Positions 20,187 through 29,505 of a stretch of 38,791 nucleotides of DNA are shown in pieces. The stretch's first letter is position 1. Every line of letters begins with the position of its first letter. Below the pieces are notes generated by a model that saw only the letters and a list, made by a program, of their open reading frames with translations, searched no databases and was not told where the DNA came from. Both the position numbers and the translations under genes were made by a program. Source of the stretch: an uncultured Lichenihabitans sp. (GTDB taxonomy: Bacteria > Pseudomonadota > Alphaproteobacteria > Rhizobiales > Beijerinckiaceae); the NCBI GenBank assembly GCA_964247575.1, contig CAXTVD010000002.1, positions 1 to 38,791 of the forward strand, written 5' to 3'.

Positions 20187-21566
20187 ATGCCGGCCAGCCT
20201 TGTCGCCGCCTCGCCCGACGCGGTGCCCATCCACGCGGTCGATGCCGGCACGCTGGGCGACGTGCTCGCCCGGCTGCCGCCGGAGGCGCGGGCCTTCGCG
20301 GTCGCGAGCGGCTACGACGCCAAGCCCGGCCGCCACATCGTCCTGCCCGGGGCGGACGGCAGCCTGACCGCGGTCCTGTTCGGGGTGGGTCATCCGGCGG
20401 AGCGCGGCTTCGATCCCTTCGCGCCGGGTCGGCTCGCCACGGCCCTGCCCAGCGGCGTGTTCCATCTTGCCGGCTCCTGGCCGGAGCCGACCCTGGCCAC
20501 CCTGGGCTGGGCGCTCTCGGCCTATCGCTTCGGGCGCTACAAACAGGCCGGGACGGACGGCGCCGTCCTATCCGTGTCGCCCGCTCTCGACCGTGCCCGG
20601 CTCGACCGCATCGTCGCGGGCGTGACGCTGGCGCGCGACCTCGTCAACACGCCGGCCAACGATCTCGGGCCCGACGCGCTCGAAGCGGCGGTGCTCGGCT
20701 TCGCGGCCCGGCACGGCGCGGAAGCCCGCACCATCCGCGGCGCGGCCCTGCGGGACGGCTTCCCGCTGATCCATGCCGTCGGGCAGGCGGCGGCCCAAGC
20801 GCCGCGCCTCCTCGACGTCACCTGGGGCGCGCCGGACGCCCCCAAGGTCACGCTGGTGGGCAAGGGCGTGACCTTCGACACGGGCGGCCTCGACATCAAG
20901 CCTGAAAGCGCGATGGGCCTGATGAAGAAGGACATGGCGGGTTCGGCCACCGCCCTCGCCCTCGCCTCCATGATTGTGGAGGCCGGACTGCGCCTCCGTC
21001 TCCGCCTCCTGGTGCCGATCGTCGAGAACGCCATCTCGGCCACCGCCTTCAGGCCGGGCGACGTCTACCGGAGCCGCAAGGGGCTCAGCGTCGAGATCGG
21101 CAATACGGATGCGGAGGGGCGGCTGATCCTTGCGGACGCGCTGGCCCTTGCCTGTGAAGACAAGCCCGCGCTCCTGTTCGACTTCGCGACCCTGACGGGA
21201 GCGGCGCGCGTGGCGCTCGGCCCGGACCTGCCCCCCTTCTACACGGACGACGAGTACCTCGCGGCCGCGATCGCCGGCGCGAGCCGGGCGGTGCACGACC
21301 CGGTCTGGCGCATGCCCCTGTGGAACCCGTACGACGCGTTGCTGGACGGCAAGATCGCCGATCTCAACAACATCTCGGGCGGCCCCTTTGCCGGGTCGGT
21401 GACGGCCGCGCTGTTCTTGCGACGCTTCGTCGAGCCCGGTGTCGCCTGGGCCCATTTCGACATCTACGGCTGGAACCCGACGACCAAGCCCGGCCGGCCG
21501 GAAGGCGGCGAGACGCAGGCCTCCCGGCTGCTGTTCGACCTGCTGAGCGCCCGGTACCCGGCATGA
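20187..21566 (+). CDS. Leucyl aminopeptidase family protein (M17)
   Basis: VGKGVTFDTGGLDIK, MKKDMAG, NTDAEGRLILADAL, ATLTGA; AAGGAG SD before the ATG at 20187. Confidence 0.93.
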   Translation: MPASLVAASPDAVPIHAVDAGTLGDVLARLPPEARAFAVASGYDAKPGRHIVLPGADGSLTAVLFGVGHPAERGFDPFAPGRLATALPSGVFHLAGSWPEPTLATLGWALSAYRFGRYKQAGTDGAVLSVSPALDRARLDRIVAGVTLARDLVNTPANDLGPDALEAAVLGFAARHGAEARTIRGAALRDGFPLIHAVGQAAAQAPRLLDVTWGAPDAPKVTLVGKGVTFDTGGLDIKPESAMGLMKKDMAGSATALALASMIVEAGLRLRLRLLVPIVENAISATAFRPGDVYRSRKGLSVEIGNTDAEGRLILADALALACEDKPALLFDFATLTGAARVALGPDLPPFYTDDEYLAAAIAGASRAVHDPVWRMPLWNPYDALLDGKIADLNNISGGPFAGSVTAALFLRRFVEPGVAWAHFDIYGWNPTTKPGRPEGGETQASRLLFDLLSARYPA

Positions 21567-22408
21567 CTGTGCCCGGCTTCGACCGCCGCATCACCCCGGC
21601 CCGGCCCGATCTTGCCGCAGACGTCCTGGAGGGGCGCGTTCCGGCGTCCCGCTATGTCGCGGGGCAGCGCCGGACGGTCGTGGCGTCCACCACGCCTCTG
21701 CGTCCAAGCCCCAGTCCCGAGCAGGGGATCGACACCGAACTGCTCCGGGGCGAGGCCTTCATCGTCTACGACGAGGATGCGGAGGGATGGTCCTGGGGGC
21801 AGGCCGAGGCGGACAGCTATGTCGGCTGGCTGCCGACCGAGGCGCTCGGTCCGGCCGAACGCCCCACCCTGAAGGTCGCCGCCCTGCGAAGTTTCGTCTA
21901 TCCAGGCCCGAGCATCAAGCTGCCGGTCGTCGGCGCGCTCCCGTTCGGCGCGCGGCTCGATGCGCTTGGGATCGAAGGCGCCTTCACCCGCATCGGCGAG
22001 GGCTGCGTGTGGACGGGCCATCTCCAGCCACTCCAGGCGCTGGCCGCGGACCCCGTCGCGGTCGCTGAGCGCTTCGTCGGGGTGCCCTATCTGTGGGGCG
22101 GCCGCAGCAGCCTCGGCCTGGACTGCTCCGGGCTGGTCCAGACGGCCCTGGCCGCCTGCGGTGTCCCTGCACCGCGCGACAGCGACATGCAGGAGCGCGA
22201 CCTCGGCGCGCCGATCGATCCGGACGGACCGCTCCGCCGCGGCGACCTCGTCTTCTGGCGCGGCCATGTCGGCCTGATGCAGGACGGCGCGATGCTGCTG
22301 CACGCCAATGGCCACGCGATGATGGTGGCCAGCGAGGCCCTGGCGGTTGTGCGCGCGCGCGTCCGGCTGGCCGGTGGCGGGGAGGTGTCGAGCGCCCGCA
22401 GGCTCTGA
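21563..22408 (+). CDS. NlpC/P60 (C40) peptidase with N-terminal SH3-like region
   Basis: DRRITPARPDLAA N-terminus, PYLWGG...GLDCSGLVQ, GDLVFWRGHVG, LLHAN; ATGA overlap with the M17 gene. Confidence 0.92.
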   Translation: MTVPGFDRRITPARPDLAADVLEGRVPASRYVAGQRRTVVASTTPLRPSPSPEQGIDTELLRGEAFIVYDEDAEGWSWGQAEADSYVGWLPTEALGPAERPTLKVAALRSFVYPGPSIKLPVVGALPFGARLDALGIEGAFTRIGEGCVWTGHLQPLQALAADPVAVAERFVGVPYLWGGRSSLGLDCSGLVQTALAACGVPAPRDSDMQERDLGAPIDPDGPLRRGDLVFWRGHVGLMQDGAMLLHANGHAMMVASEALAVVRARVRLAGGGEVSSARRL

Positions 22409-22423
22409 GCCACCCCTCCCGCG

Positions 22424-22792
22424 TCAGTCGCCGGCCGCTCGATGCTGTGCCGGCTCGGTCCGGGACCGCGCCTGGCTGACGTGGGCGTTCATGATCGCCG
22501 GGATCAGCCCGGGGAAGCGGGTCTCGATCTCCGCGCAGCGCGACGTGTTGAGCATCTCCACGCCCCGGCGCTCGCTGCGGATCAGCCCCGCCTCGCGCAA
22601 CGCCCTGAAATGCTGCGACAGCGTCGATTTCGGCACCGCCTTGTCGCTCACCGTGGCGAAAACCGAGCAGCGCTGGGAGCACTCCGAACCGGCGATGCCG
22701 GCGAAGATGGCCACGCGCACATGGTCCGAGAGGGCGTGCAGGATGCCTTCCAGGGTGATGTCGTCGAGCGAGGGGTGAGGAAGCGGCCGCAT
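22424..22792 (-). CDS. ArsR/SmtB family transcriptional regulator (RexT/CyeR-like)
   Basis: HPSLDDITLEGILHALSDHVR, PKSTLSQHFRALREAGLI, RFPGLI. Confidence 0.88.
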   Translation of the reverse strand: MRPLPHPSLDDITLEGILHALSDHVRVAIFAGIAGSECSQRCSVFATVSDKAVPKSTLSQHFRALREAGLIRSERRGVEMLNTSRCAEIETRFPGLIPAIMNAHVSQARSRTEPAQHRAAGD

Positions 22793-22812
22793 GCGGGCAT
22801 AGATAACGCCTC

Positions 22813-22854
22813 TTGACACGTTGTCCAATAGTTCTAGATTTCCGAACTATTGGA
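22813..22854 (+). promoter_or_regulatory. Sigma70-type promoter of the SDR gene overlapped by a palindromic operator
   Basis: TTGACA (22813-22818), 16 nt, TAGATT (22835-22840); perfect inverted repeat TCCAATAGTTC (22824-22834), N9, GAACTATTGGA (22844-22854). Confidence 0.8.
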
Positions 22855-22909
22855 TAAGGCTGGCGATGCCGATGGTTCGGTTCACCAGCCGCAATCGCAG
22901 GAGCTTTCC

Positions 22910-23656
22910 ATGAGCAAGCTTTCGGGCAAGGTCGCCCTTGTCACCGGCGCCTCGAAGGGGATCGGTGCCGCCATCGCCAAGTCACTCGCCGCCGAAGGGG
23001 CGTCGGTGGTCGTCAACTACGCCTCCAGCGAGGCCGATGCGGCCAAGGTGGTCGCGGCGATCGTGGCGGACGGGGGGAAAGCGGTCGCCGTCCACGGCGA
23101 TGTCTCGAAGACGGCCGAGGCGAAAGGGATCGTCGCCGAGGCCGTCAGCGCGTTCGGTCGGCTCGACATCCTCGTTAACAATTCGGGGGTCTACGCCTTC
23201 TCGCCGATCGAGGAGATCTCCGAGGACCAGTTCCACAAGATGTTCGATGTGAACGTGCTCGGCCTGCTGCTCGTGACGCAGGCGGCGGTTCCCCATCTGG
23301 GCGAGGGCGCCAGCATCATCAATATCGGGTCCGGCGTCACGAGCCTCACCCCGCCGAACTCGGCCATCTACACCGCGACCAAGGGGGCCGTCGATGCGAT
23401 CACCGGCGTGCTGGCGCGTGAACTCGGGCCGCGGAAGATCCGCGTCAACTCGATCAATCCGGGCATCGTGGAGACCGAGGGCACCCAGAGCGCCGGCTTC
23501 ATCGGGTCGGATTTCGAAAAGGGTCTCATCCAGCAGACGCCGCTCGGACGGTCCGGCCAGCCCCGGGACATCGCCCGCGTCGCCCTCTTTCTCGCGTCGG
23601 AGGATTCGGGCTGGCTCACCGGTGAAAAGCTGGTCGCGGGCGGAGGCCTTCGCTAG
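22910..23656 (+). CDS. Short-chain dehydrogenase/reductase (classical SDR)
   Basis: TGASKGIG, LVNNSG, catalytic YTATK, NSINPG; AGGAG SD before the ATG at 22910. Confidence 0.94.
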   Translation: MSKLSGKVALVTGASKGIGAAIAKSLAAEGASVVVNYASSEADAAKVVAAIVADGGKAVAVHGDVSKTAEAKGIVAEAVSAFGRLDILVNNSGVYAFSPIEEISEDQFHKMFDVNVLGLLLVTQAAVPHLGEGASIINIGSGVTSLTPPNSAIYTATKGAVDAITGVLARELGPRKIRVNSINPGIVETEGTQSAGFIGSDFEKGLIQQTPLGRSGQPRDIARVALFLASEDSGWLTGEKLVAGGGLR

Positions 23657-23668
23657 AGCGCCAGAAGC

Positions 23669-23704
23669 GGGATGACGGGCAGGGCGGTCCCGTCCTGTTG
23701 TCCC
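23669..23704 (+). terminator. Possible terminator/3' hairpin after the SDR gene
   Basis: GGGATGACGGG (23669-23679) pairs with CCTGTTGTCCC (23694-23704) using G-U wobbles on the plus strand; lies between convergent genes; no U-tract. Confidence 0.35.
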
Positions 23705-23825
23705 CAGCCGATCGGCCGAGCCGAGGCCGCGATGCGGTCGCGAGATGCCGACCTCGCGGCGCGCAGTGTCGGCCGCGACCGTCTCGCCCGGGGAGGGCCC
23801 CGGCTTCACGATCCCCCGCCGTCGT

Positions 23826-25040
23826 CTATCGCAGCGCGCGGTCGAGGCTACCGATCAGCCGGTCGACCTCGTCCAGCGTGTTGTAATGGACCATCGACAC
23901 GCGAACGACTCCGCCGTCCCGCTCGAGGCCGAGATGCTCGATCAGACGACGTGAGTGGAAGTCACCGAAACGGATGCCCACCGCGTCCTCGTCGGTGTGC
24001 CGCACGATGGCTCCCGCCTCGTGGCCCTCGACCTTGAAGGCGATGGTCGGGACGCGCCGGCTGGCGTCGCTGCTGCGATCGCCGACGATGCGGACGTCGT
24101 TGCGGCTGCGCAGGTAGCCCAGGAGCCGTTCGGCGAGCCTCGCCTCGTGGGCGGCGATGTCGGTGAAGGCCCGGTCGAGCGCGGCGCGGTCGCCGGTGCC
24201 GCCGCCGAGCGCGTCGAGGTAGTCGACGATGCCGGCCGAGCCCCAGGCGAGCTCGTAGTTGGTGTTGCCCGGCTCCAGCTTCATGGGCACGTTCTCGCGG
24301 CCGTAGAAGTAATGGTAGAGGCCGTCGAGCTCCAGCAGCTTGTCGTACTTGCCGTAGAGCACGGCGAAGTGGGGCCCGTAGGTCTTGTAGAAGCTGAAGA
24401 CGTAGTAGTCGACGTCGGTGGCGAGGACGTCCACGGCGCGGTGCGGCGCGTAGGCGACCCCGTCGACGGCGATCTCGGCGCCGCGCTCGTGGACGAAGCG
24501 GGCGATGGCCGCCACCGGGTTGATGGTGCCCAGGATGTTGGAGGCGTGGGTGACCGCGACGAGGCGCGTGCGCGCGGTCATCACGGCGCCAAGGGCGTCG
24601 AGGTCGACCTCCAGCGTCTCGGGGTCGAGGCTCCAGGTTTTGATGACGACCCCGCGCTTTTCCAGTGCGCGCCAGGGACCGATATTCGACTCGTGGTCGA
24701 AGTCGGTCACCACGATCTCGTCGCCCGGCTTGAGCCGCCCTTCCATGGCGCGGGCGAGGAACTGGCAGAGCACCGTCGTCGATGGGCCCAGCACGATCTC
24801 CTCGGGTCGGGCCGCATTCACGAGGAGCGCGATGCGGCGGCGCGCCTCGCGCAGCCGATCCACGGCCCGGACCGAGGCGCCGTAGCTCGCCCCGGTCTGC
24901 ACGCTTGTCGTCAGCAGGTAGTCGCGCACCCGGTCCGCCACCGTGCCGAGCACGAGCGACCCGCCGGCATTGTCGAAATAGGCGAAGCCGTCGGCCAGCG
25001 CGGGGAAGCGGCTGCGGGCGTAGTCGACATCAAGCGGCAT
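23826..25040 (-). CDS. Class V PLP-dependent enzyme, cysteine desulfurase-like, lacking the catalytic Cys
   Basis: YFDNAGGS, DHESNIGPW, THASNILG, VDGVAYAPH, FSFYKTYGPH (PLP lysine), LEPGN, VRVSMVHYNT. RFGDFHS stands where SufS has RxGHHC. Confidence 0.85.
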   Translation of the reverse strand: MPLDVDYARSRFPALADGFAYFDNAGGSLVLGTVADRVRDYLLTTSVQTGASYGASVRAVDRLREARRRIALLVNAARPEEIVLGPSTTVLCQFLARAMEGRLKPGDEIVVTDFDHESNIGPWRALEKRGVVIKTWSLDPETLEVDLDALGAVMTARTRLVAVTHASNILGTINPVAAIARFVHERGAEIAVDGVAYAPHRAVDVLATDVDYYVFSFYKTYGPHFAVLYGKYDKLLELDGLYHYFYGRENVPMKLEPGNTNYELAWGSAGIVDYLDALGGGTGDRAALDRAFTDIAAHEARLAERLLGYLRSRNDVRIVGDRSSDASRRVPTIAFKVEGHEAGAIVRHTDEDAVGIRFGDFHSRRLIEHLGLERDGGVVRVSMVHYNTLDEVDRLIGSLDRALR

Positions 25041-25082
25041 CTGTCCTGTTCTCCGAATGCGGGCCGGCCGCGGTGCTGCCGC

Positions 25083-25820
25083 TCAGGGCGACAGGATCGC
25101 CTTGAGAAAGCTCTTCAGCCGCCCATCCCGCGGCGCGTCGAACAAGGCGGCCGGCGGCCCCTGTTCCACGATGCGCCCGGCGTCCATGAAGACGATGCGG
25201 TCGGCGACGCTCCGCGCAAAGCCCATTTCGTGAGTGACGACGATCATCGTGACGCCCGTCCGGGCGAGGCCCCGCATCACGTCAAGCACCTCGCCCACCA
25301 TCTCCGGGTCGAGCGCGGAGGTGGGCTCGTCGAAGAGAAGCACCTTGGGCTCCATGGCGAGCGCCCGGGCGATGCCGACGCGCTGCTGCTGGCCGCCCGA
25401 GAGCTGCGCGGGGTATTTCTCGATCTGCGCCTCCAGGCCCACCCGCACGAGCAGCTTGCGCGCCCGCTCCTCCGCCTCCCGCCAGCCCAGACCCCGCACG
25501 CGGACCGGGGCGAGGGCGACGTTCCGAAGCACGCTCATATGCGGGAACAGGTTGAAGCTCTGGAAGACCATGCCGGTCTCGGCCCGGATGAGCCGCAGTT
25601 GCCGGTTATCTCCCACCGTGTGGCCGTCGACGACGATGTCGCCTGCATCGTGGCGCTCCAGGCGGTTGATGCAGCGGATGAGCGTCGATTTGCCGGACCC
25701 GGACGGACCGATCACGACCAGGGTCTCCCCCGGGGCCACGTCCAGCGTCACGCCGTCGAGCGCCCGGAAGCGGCCGAAGCTCTTGCGTACGCCGCGCAGG
25801 CTGATGATCGTCGCCGTCAT
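25083..25820 (-). CDS. Polar amino acid ABC transporter ATP-binding protein (GlnQ-like)
   Basis: Walker [51 protein letters not shown]; start ATG at 25820 overlaps the permease stop. Confidence 0.95.
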   Translation of the reverse strand: MTATIISLRGVRKSFGRFRALDGVTLDVAPGETLVVIGPSGSGKSTLIRCINRLERHDAGDIVVDGHTVGDNRQLRLIRAETGMVFQSFNLFPHMSVLRNVALAPVRVRGLGWREAEERARKLLVRVGLEAQIEKYPAQLSGGQQQRVGIARALAMEPKVLLFDEPTSALDPEMVGEVLDVMRGLARTGVTMIVVTHEMGFARSVADRIVFMDAGRIVEQGPPAALFDAPRDGRLKSFLKAILSP

Positions 25821-26488
25821 CGGCTGCGCCGCCGCAGGCGGATCTCGAGATAGCCGACCGCGCGGACGAAGGGCAGCAGCATGATGATGTAGATCACGGC
25901 GGCGCCGATCAGGGGCGTCGGGTTGGCGGCGAGCGCCTGGGCCTGGGTGGCCTGCTTCAGGAGGTCCGGCATGGCGACGACCGAAGCCAAGGCCGTGTCC
26001 TTCATGACGTTGATCGCATTGGAGGTGAGCGGCGGGATGACGAGCTTGACCGCCTGCGGCAGCACCACGTCCGTCATCTGGCGGAGCCCGCCGAGGCCGA
26101 GGGCGCGGGCCGCCTCGAACTGGCCTACCGGGACCGCCTCGATCCCGGCCCGCAGGATCTCGGCGGAGTAGGCGGCGGAGACGAGGCTCAGGGCGCTGCT
26201 CGCGGCCCAGAACGGCGAGAGCCGCACCCCGACGAAGGGTAGCGCATAATAGATCACGATCAGCAGGACGAGGACCGGCACCGAGCGGAACACGTCGATA
26301 TAGGCGACCGACACCGCCGAGACCGGGCCGGGCGCGTAGAGGCGCAGCAGCACGAGGAGAAGGCCACCCGCCAGCCCGAGCAGGATCGCGGTGAGCCCCA
26401 GCCCGACGGTGATCCACAGACCCCGCAGCAGCATGGGCAGGGCTTCCACGAAGACCGGCCAGTTGAGGAAGGTGTCAAAGATCGACAT
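25817..26488 (-). CDS. Polar amino acid ABC transporter permease (HisM/GlnP-like)
   Basis: [38 protein letters not shown] (EAA motif), KDTALAS. Confidence 0.94.
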   Translation of the reverse strand: MSIFDTFLNWPVFVEALPMLLRGLWITVGLGLTAILLGLAGGLLLVLLRLYAPGPVSAVSVAYIDVFRSVPVLVLLIVIYYALPFVGVRLSPFWAASSALSLVSAAYSAEILRAGIEAVPVGQFEAARALGLGGLRQMTDVVLPQAVKLVIPPLTSNAINVMKDTALASVVAMPDLLKQATQAQALAANPTPLIGAAVIYIIMLLPFVRAVGYLEIRLRRRSR

Positions 26489-26542
26489 GGCGGACGGTTG
26501 CGGTGCGCCAGCCTTCGCCGGCGACCTGGTTCCTCGGCACGG

Positions 26543-26600
26543 CCGTCCATGGGCTGAGCCGACCGCAGCGGCGGCTTGGCCGCCGGCTCAGCATGGGCGG
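26543..26600 (-). other. Long intergenic hairpin after the binding-protein gene
   Basis: GCTGAGCCG (26553-26561) / CGGCTCAGC (26584-26592), extended by CCGTCCATG / CATGGGCGG with one imperfect pair. Confidence 0.5.
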
Positions 26601-26618
26601 TCCGTCACGCAGGACCCG

Positions 26619-27431
26619 TCAGAGCTTGGGGATGTCGGCCGTCTTGACCGTGCTCGGGGTGGCCGCGGGCTTGGCGCCGAACCACTTCTCGTGCAGGCCT
26701 GCGATATAGCCCTCCTGCTTGAGCTGGGTGATCACGCCGTTGACCTTGGCGACGAGCGGGCTGTCCTTGGCGAACATGATGGAATACTGCTCGCCGGTGG
26801 GGATGCGCTGGACGACTTTGTAGACCGGCTTGTCCTTCACGTAATACTGCAGCGCCGGGATGTCGCTGATGTAGCCGTCGATCCGGCCGGCCGCGAGATC
26901 CAGCATGGCGGGCGACAGACCCTCGTAGCGGCGGATGTCGGAGAACTTGTTCTCGGCCGCGTGGGCCTGGGTGTACATGTCCCCGGTCGATCCGGTGTCG
27001 ACGCCGACGGGCTTGCCGGCCATGCCCTTGAGGTCGGTGATCCCCGAATCCGCCTTGACGGTCAGCGACTGGTCGCTGTCGTAGTAGGGTTGCGCGAAGC
27101 TCACGCTGGCCAGACGCTTCGGGGTGATGGTGATGGACGACACCGCCGCGTCGATCTGCCCGGACTGCACCGCCGCGAACAGGCCGGTGAAGGGAATGTT
27201 GACGAAGCTGACGTCCATCCCGAGCCGCTTGCCGATCTCCTTGGCGAGATCAACCTCGAAGCCGACCGTGTCGCCCTTGGCGTCCTGGAACTCCCAGGGC
27301 ACGTTGCCGATGTTGGCGCCGACCTTCATCTCCGCTGCGCCTGCGGCTGCCCCACCTAAAATGGTGGCCAGGACGGCCCCAGCCAACGCCCCTCGCTTCG
27401 ACCAGACCGATAGGAGCGCAGGATGCAGCAT
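26619..27431 (-). CDS. Polar amino acid ABC transporter substrate-binding protein (family 3)
   Basis: Signal peptide, PWEFQD..GFEVDL, SSITITPKR, FAQPYYDS, GVDTGSTG, LHEKWFG; GGAG SD before the ATG at 27431. Confidence 0.93.
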   Translation of the reverse strand: MLHPALLSVWSKRGALAGAVLATILGGAAAGAAEMKVGANIGNVPWEFQDAKGDTVGFEVDLAKEIGKRLGMDVSFVNIPFTGLFAAVQSGQIDAAVSSITITPKRLASVSFAQPYYDSDQSLTVKADSGITDLKGMAGKPVGVDTGSTGDMYTQAHAAENKFSDIRRYEGLSPAMLDLAAGRIDGYISDIPALQYYVKDKPVYKVVQRIPTGEQYSIMFAKDSPLVAKVNGVITQLKQEGYIAGLHEKWFGAKPAATPSTVKTADIPKL

Positions 27432-27481
27432 GTCCATCTCCGAAGAAGTTAAGGGCGCCCGGCACCGGGCCGCCGTCCAAC

Positions 27482-27503
27482 AATTGGTCAGACCGGTTTG
27501 ACC
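27482..27503. promoter_or_regulatory. FadR-subfamily (GntR) operator, two tandem GGT-N3-ACC boxes
   Basis: AATTGGTCAGACC followed directly by GGTTTGACC (27486-27494, 27495-27503), resembling PdhR/LldR-type AATTGGTnnnACC sites; between the divergent SBP and regulator genes. Confidence 0.7.
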
Positions 27504-27558
27504 GATGCGAGCCTGCATGATGACATGTCGGTCCGTCAACGGGGGGCCGACGTCCGGC

Positions 27559-28359
27559 ATGCCGAAGTTTCAGCGGAACGGTCCGAAAGTTTCGGCAAGC
27601 CGGTCATTGCATGAGCAATCCGGCGATGCGGCCCGGTCCGCCGGCCTTGCCGCGCCCCGGTGGCCGATCGCCGACATCCGGCCGCTCGTCCCGCGCTCCG
27701 TGTCGGAGCATCTGCAGGGCCTGATCCTGAAAGGGGGCCTCAAGCCTGGCGACCGCCTTCCCTCGCAGCGCGATCTTGCGGGGATGCTCGGCGTCAGCCG
27801 CCCCTCCCTTCGCGAGGCCATCTCCATGCTGGAGACGATGGGACTGGTCCGCGTCCGCGTGGGCAGTGGCGTCTATGTCGCGTCACCGTCCCAGCGACCG
27901 CCGCTCTGGCGGTTCTCCGACCGTTGCAGCCCCGCCGATGTCTACGAGGCGCGCTACGGCCTGGAAGGATACGCCGCCCGGCTGGCCGCCGCGCGGATGA
28001 GCCCTCAGGGAGCGAGTCGCTTTGTGGCCACGACGGATGCCATGCGGGTCGCCCTCGCGGCCGATGACGTCCCCGCCATGGCGGGGGCGGACGCCGCGTT
28101 TCACGACCTCGTCTTTGAACTGGCGGCCAATCCCGTGCTGGCGGGCATGTACCGGCCGGTCCGCGCGATGATGGTGGCGAGCCAGCGGCTGCCGATGGAT
28201 CTCCGCATCCGGCTCGGCGATACGCTGCGGGAACACGAAGAAATCTATGCCCGTCTGGCGGCCGGCGACGCTCCCGGTGCAGAAGCGGCCATGAAGGTCC
28301 ACGTCAGGGCCGCAGCGGGTCGGTATGGCATCGAGGTCGGCGAGGCCGACGAGGCATAG
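27559..28359 (+). CDS. GntR family regulator, FadR subfamily (FCD domain)
   Basis: LKPGDRLPSQRDLA..LGVSRPSLREA, GSGVYV, EARYGLE, DAAFHDLV, EHEEI, MKVHV. Start uncertain (27559 ATG or 27607 TTG). Confidence 0.92.
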   Translation: MPKFQRNGPKVSASRSLHEQSGDAARSAGLAAPRWPIADIRPLVPRSVSEHLQGLILKGGLKPGDRLPSQRDLAGMLGVSRPSLREAISMLETMGLVRVRVGSGVYVASPSQRPPLWRFSDRCSPADVYEARYGLEGYAARLAAARMSPQGASRFVATTDAMRVALAADDVPAMAGADAAFHDLVFELAANPVLAGMYRPVRAMMVASQRLPMDLRIRLGDTLREHEEIYARLAAGDAPGAEAAMKVHVRAAAGRYGIEVGEADEA

Positions 28360-28404
28360 CGTCGGTCCCGCTCTCACGCCCTCCCGCTGCCGTGAGCCAT
28401 CACC

Positions 28405-29478
28405 CTAGAGCCGGGCCCGGACGCCGTGGCCGAGATCGTAGTCGTTCCAGGACAGGGTGCCCGACAGGAACTTGGTGGGCGTGACCCGCTTGGGCGACAT
28501 GATGAGACGCACCACGGTGCAGTCCTGCGGCACGGCCACGCGATGGATCAGGCCGGGGCTCACGATCACGCTCGCACCCGTGCCGAGATCGAGGCTCTTG
28601 ACGGGCTGTTTTAATGATACGGCGACCACCGAGACGGCGACCGTGCCGGCCTTCGTCCAGCGGGACACCCCGTTCGGGCCGAACTCGGGCAGTTCATGGC
28701 TTTCGGCGACATACTCGAGCCGAGCGCCGGTCCCGGAAACCATCATATAGGCAACGGCGAGTTCGCTGGGTGAGCTGAGCCGTTCCAGGGCGCAGGCCTG
28801 GTAGAAGTTCTCCTCGGTCTCCGTGATCTCCTGGGACGCGTAGAGCACCGGGACGTCGTCGAACACGGCCTTCAGCACGTCGGCGAACTCGTCCGTCACG
28901 AAGGAGCGAGCGATGTCCGCCGCCTGGCGCGCGGCGACCGTTCCGTGTCCGCTGTCCTCGTGGCGCTGGGCTTCATACCCGTCCGCCCGCCCGGCCGCGA
29001 CCTCGACCAGCCCGTCCGCGATGAAGCTCCTCACCTTGGGATAGACCGGGGCGGTGCAACTCCCCACGACGCGCCGGCCGTTCAGGACGTCCAGCGCGTC
29101 CGTACGATCGGTCCACAGCCCGCCGAAGATGGAGCGCTGGCGTCCCGCGCCGGGATATTGACCGGTGACCGAGCGGACAAAATCGATGTAGCTCTCGCGG
29201 GACGTCCGCGGAATGGCAAGGTTGGAGCCGCGCACCTTGACGATGACGAAGGGCAGGTCATGACCCTCGATGGGTCGGAAGAAGCCGATATCGAAGCCGC
29301 AGCGGCCCTCTCCGAAACCCACCTGCTCGAGATCGGGCCGATACAGGTCCGCCGGACCTTCGCCGATGATCTCGTCGTGCAAGGAGATGGTGACCTCGAA
29401 GCTGCGCTCGCTGTCCCTGTCTCCGATCCACCCCGAAGCATTGTGAAGCGAAACCAAGTCAACCGATCCTTCGAGCAC
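28405..29478 (-). CDS. Hypothetical protein: unnamed N-terminal beta domain plus degenerate PhyH-like (Fe/2OG dioxygenase fold) domain
   Basis: GTG start with AGGAGG SD; third gene of the GT2-GT4 unit. LEYVAESHELPEF and VIVSPGLIHRV recall the PhyH motifs L...PGSH and D....H..L.H. The fold assignment is inference. Confidence 0.6.
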   Translation of the reverse strand: MLEGSVDLVSLHNASGWIGDRDSERSFEVTISLHDEIIGEGPADLYRPDLEQVGFGEGRCGFDIGFFRPIEGHDLPFVIVKVRGSNLAIPRTSRESYIDFVRSVTGQYPGAGRQRSIFGGLWTDRTDALDVLNGRRVVGSCTAPVYPKVRSFIADGLVEVAAGRADGYEAQRHEDSGHGTVAARQAADIARSFVTDEFADVLKAVFDDVPVLYASQEITETEENFYQACALERLSSPSELAVAYMMVSGTGARLEYVAESHELPEFGPNGVSRWTKAGTVAVSVVAVSLKQPVKSLDLGTGASVIVSPGLIHRVAVPQDCTVVRLIMSPKRVTPTKFLSGTLSWNDYDLGHGVRARL

Positions 29479-29505
29479 GCCCGACCTCCTGCAAAGATGC
29501 CGCTC

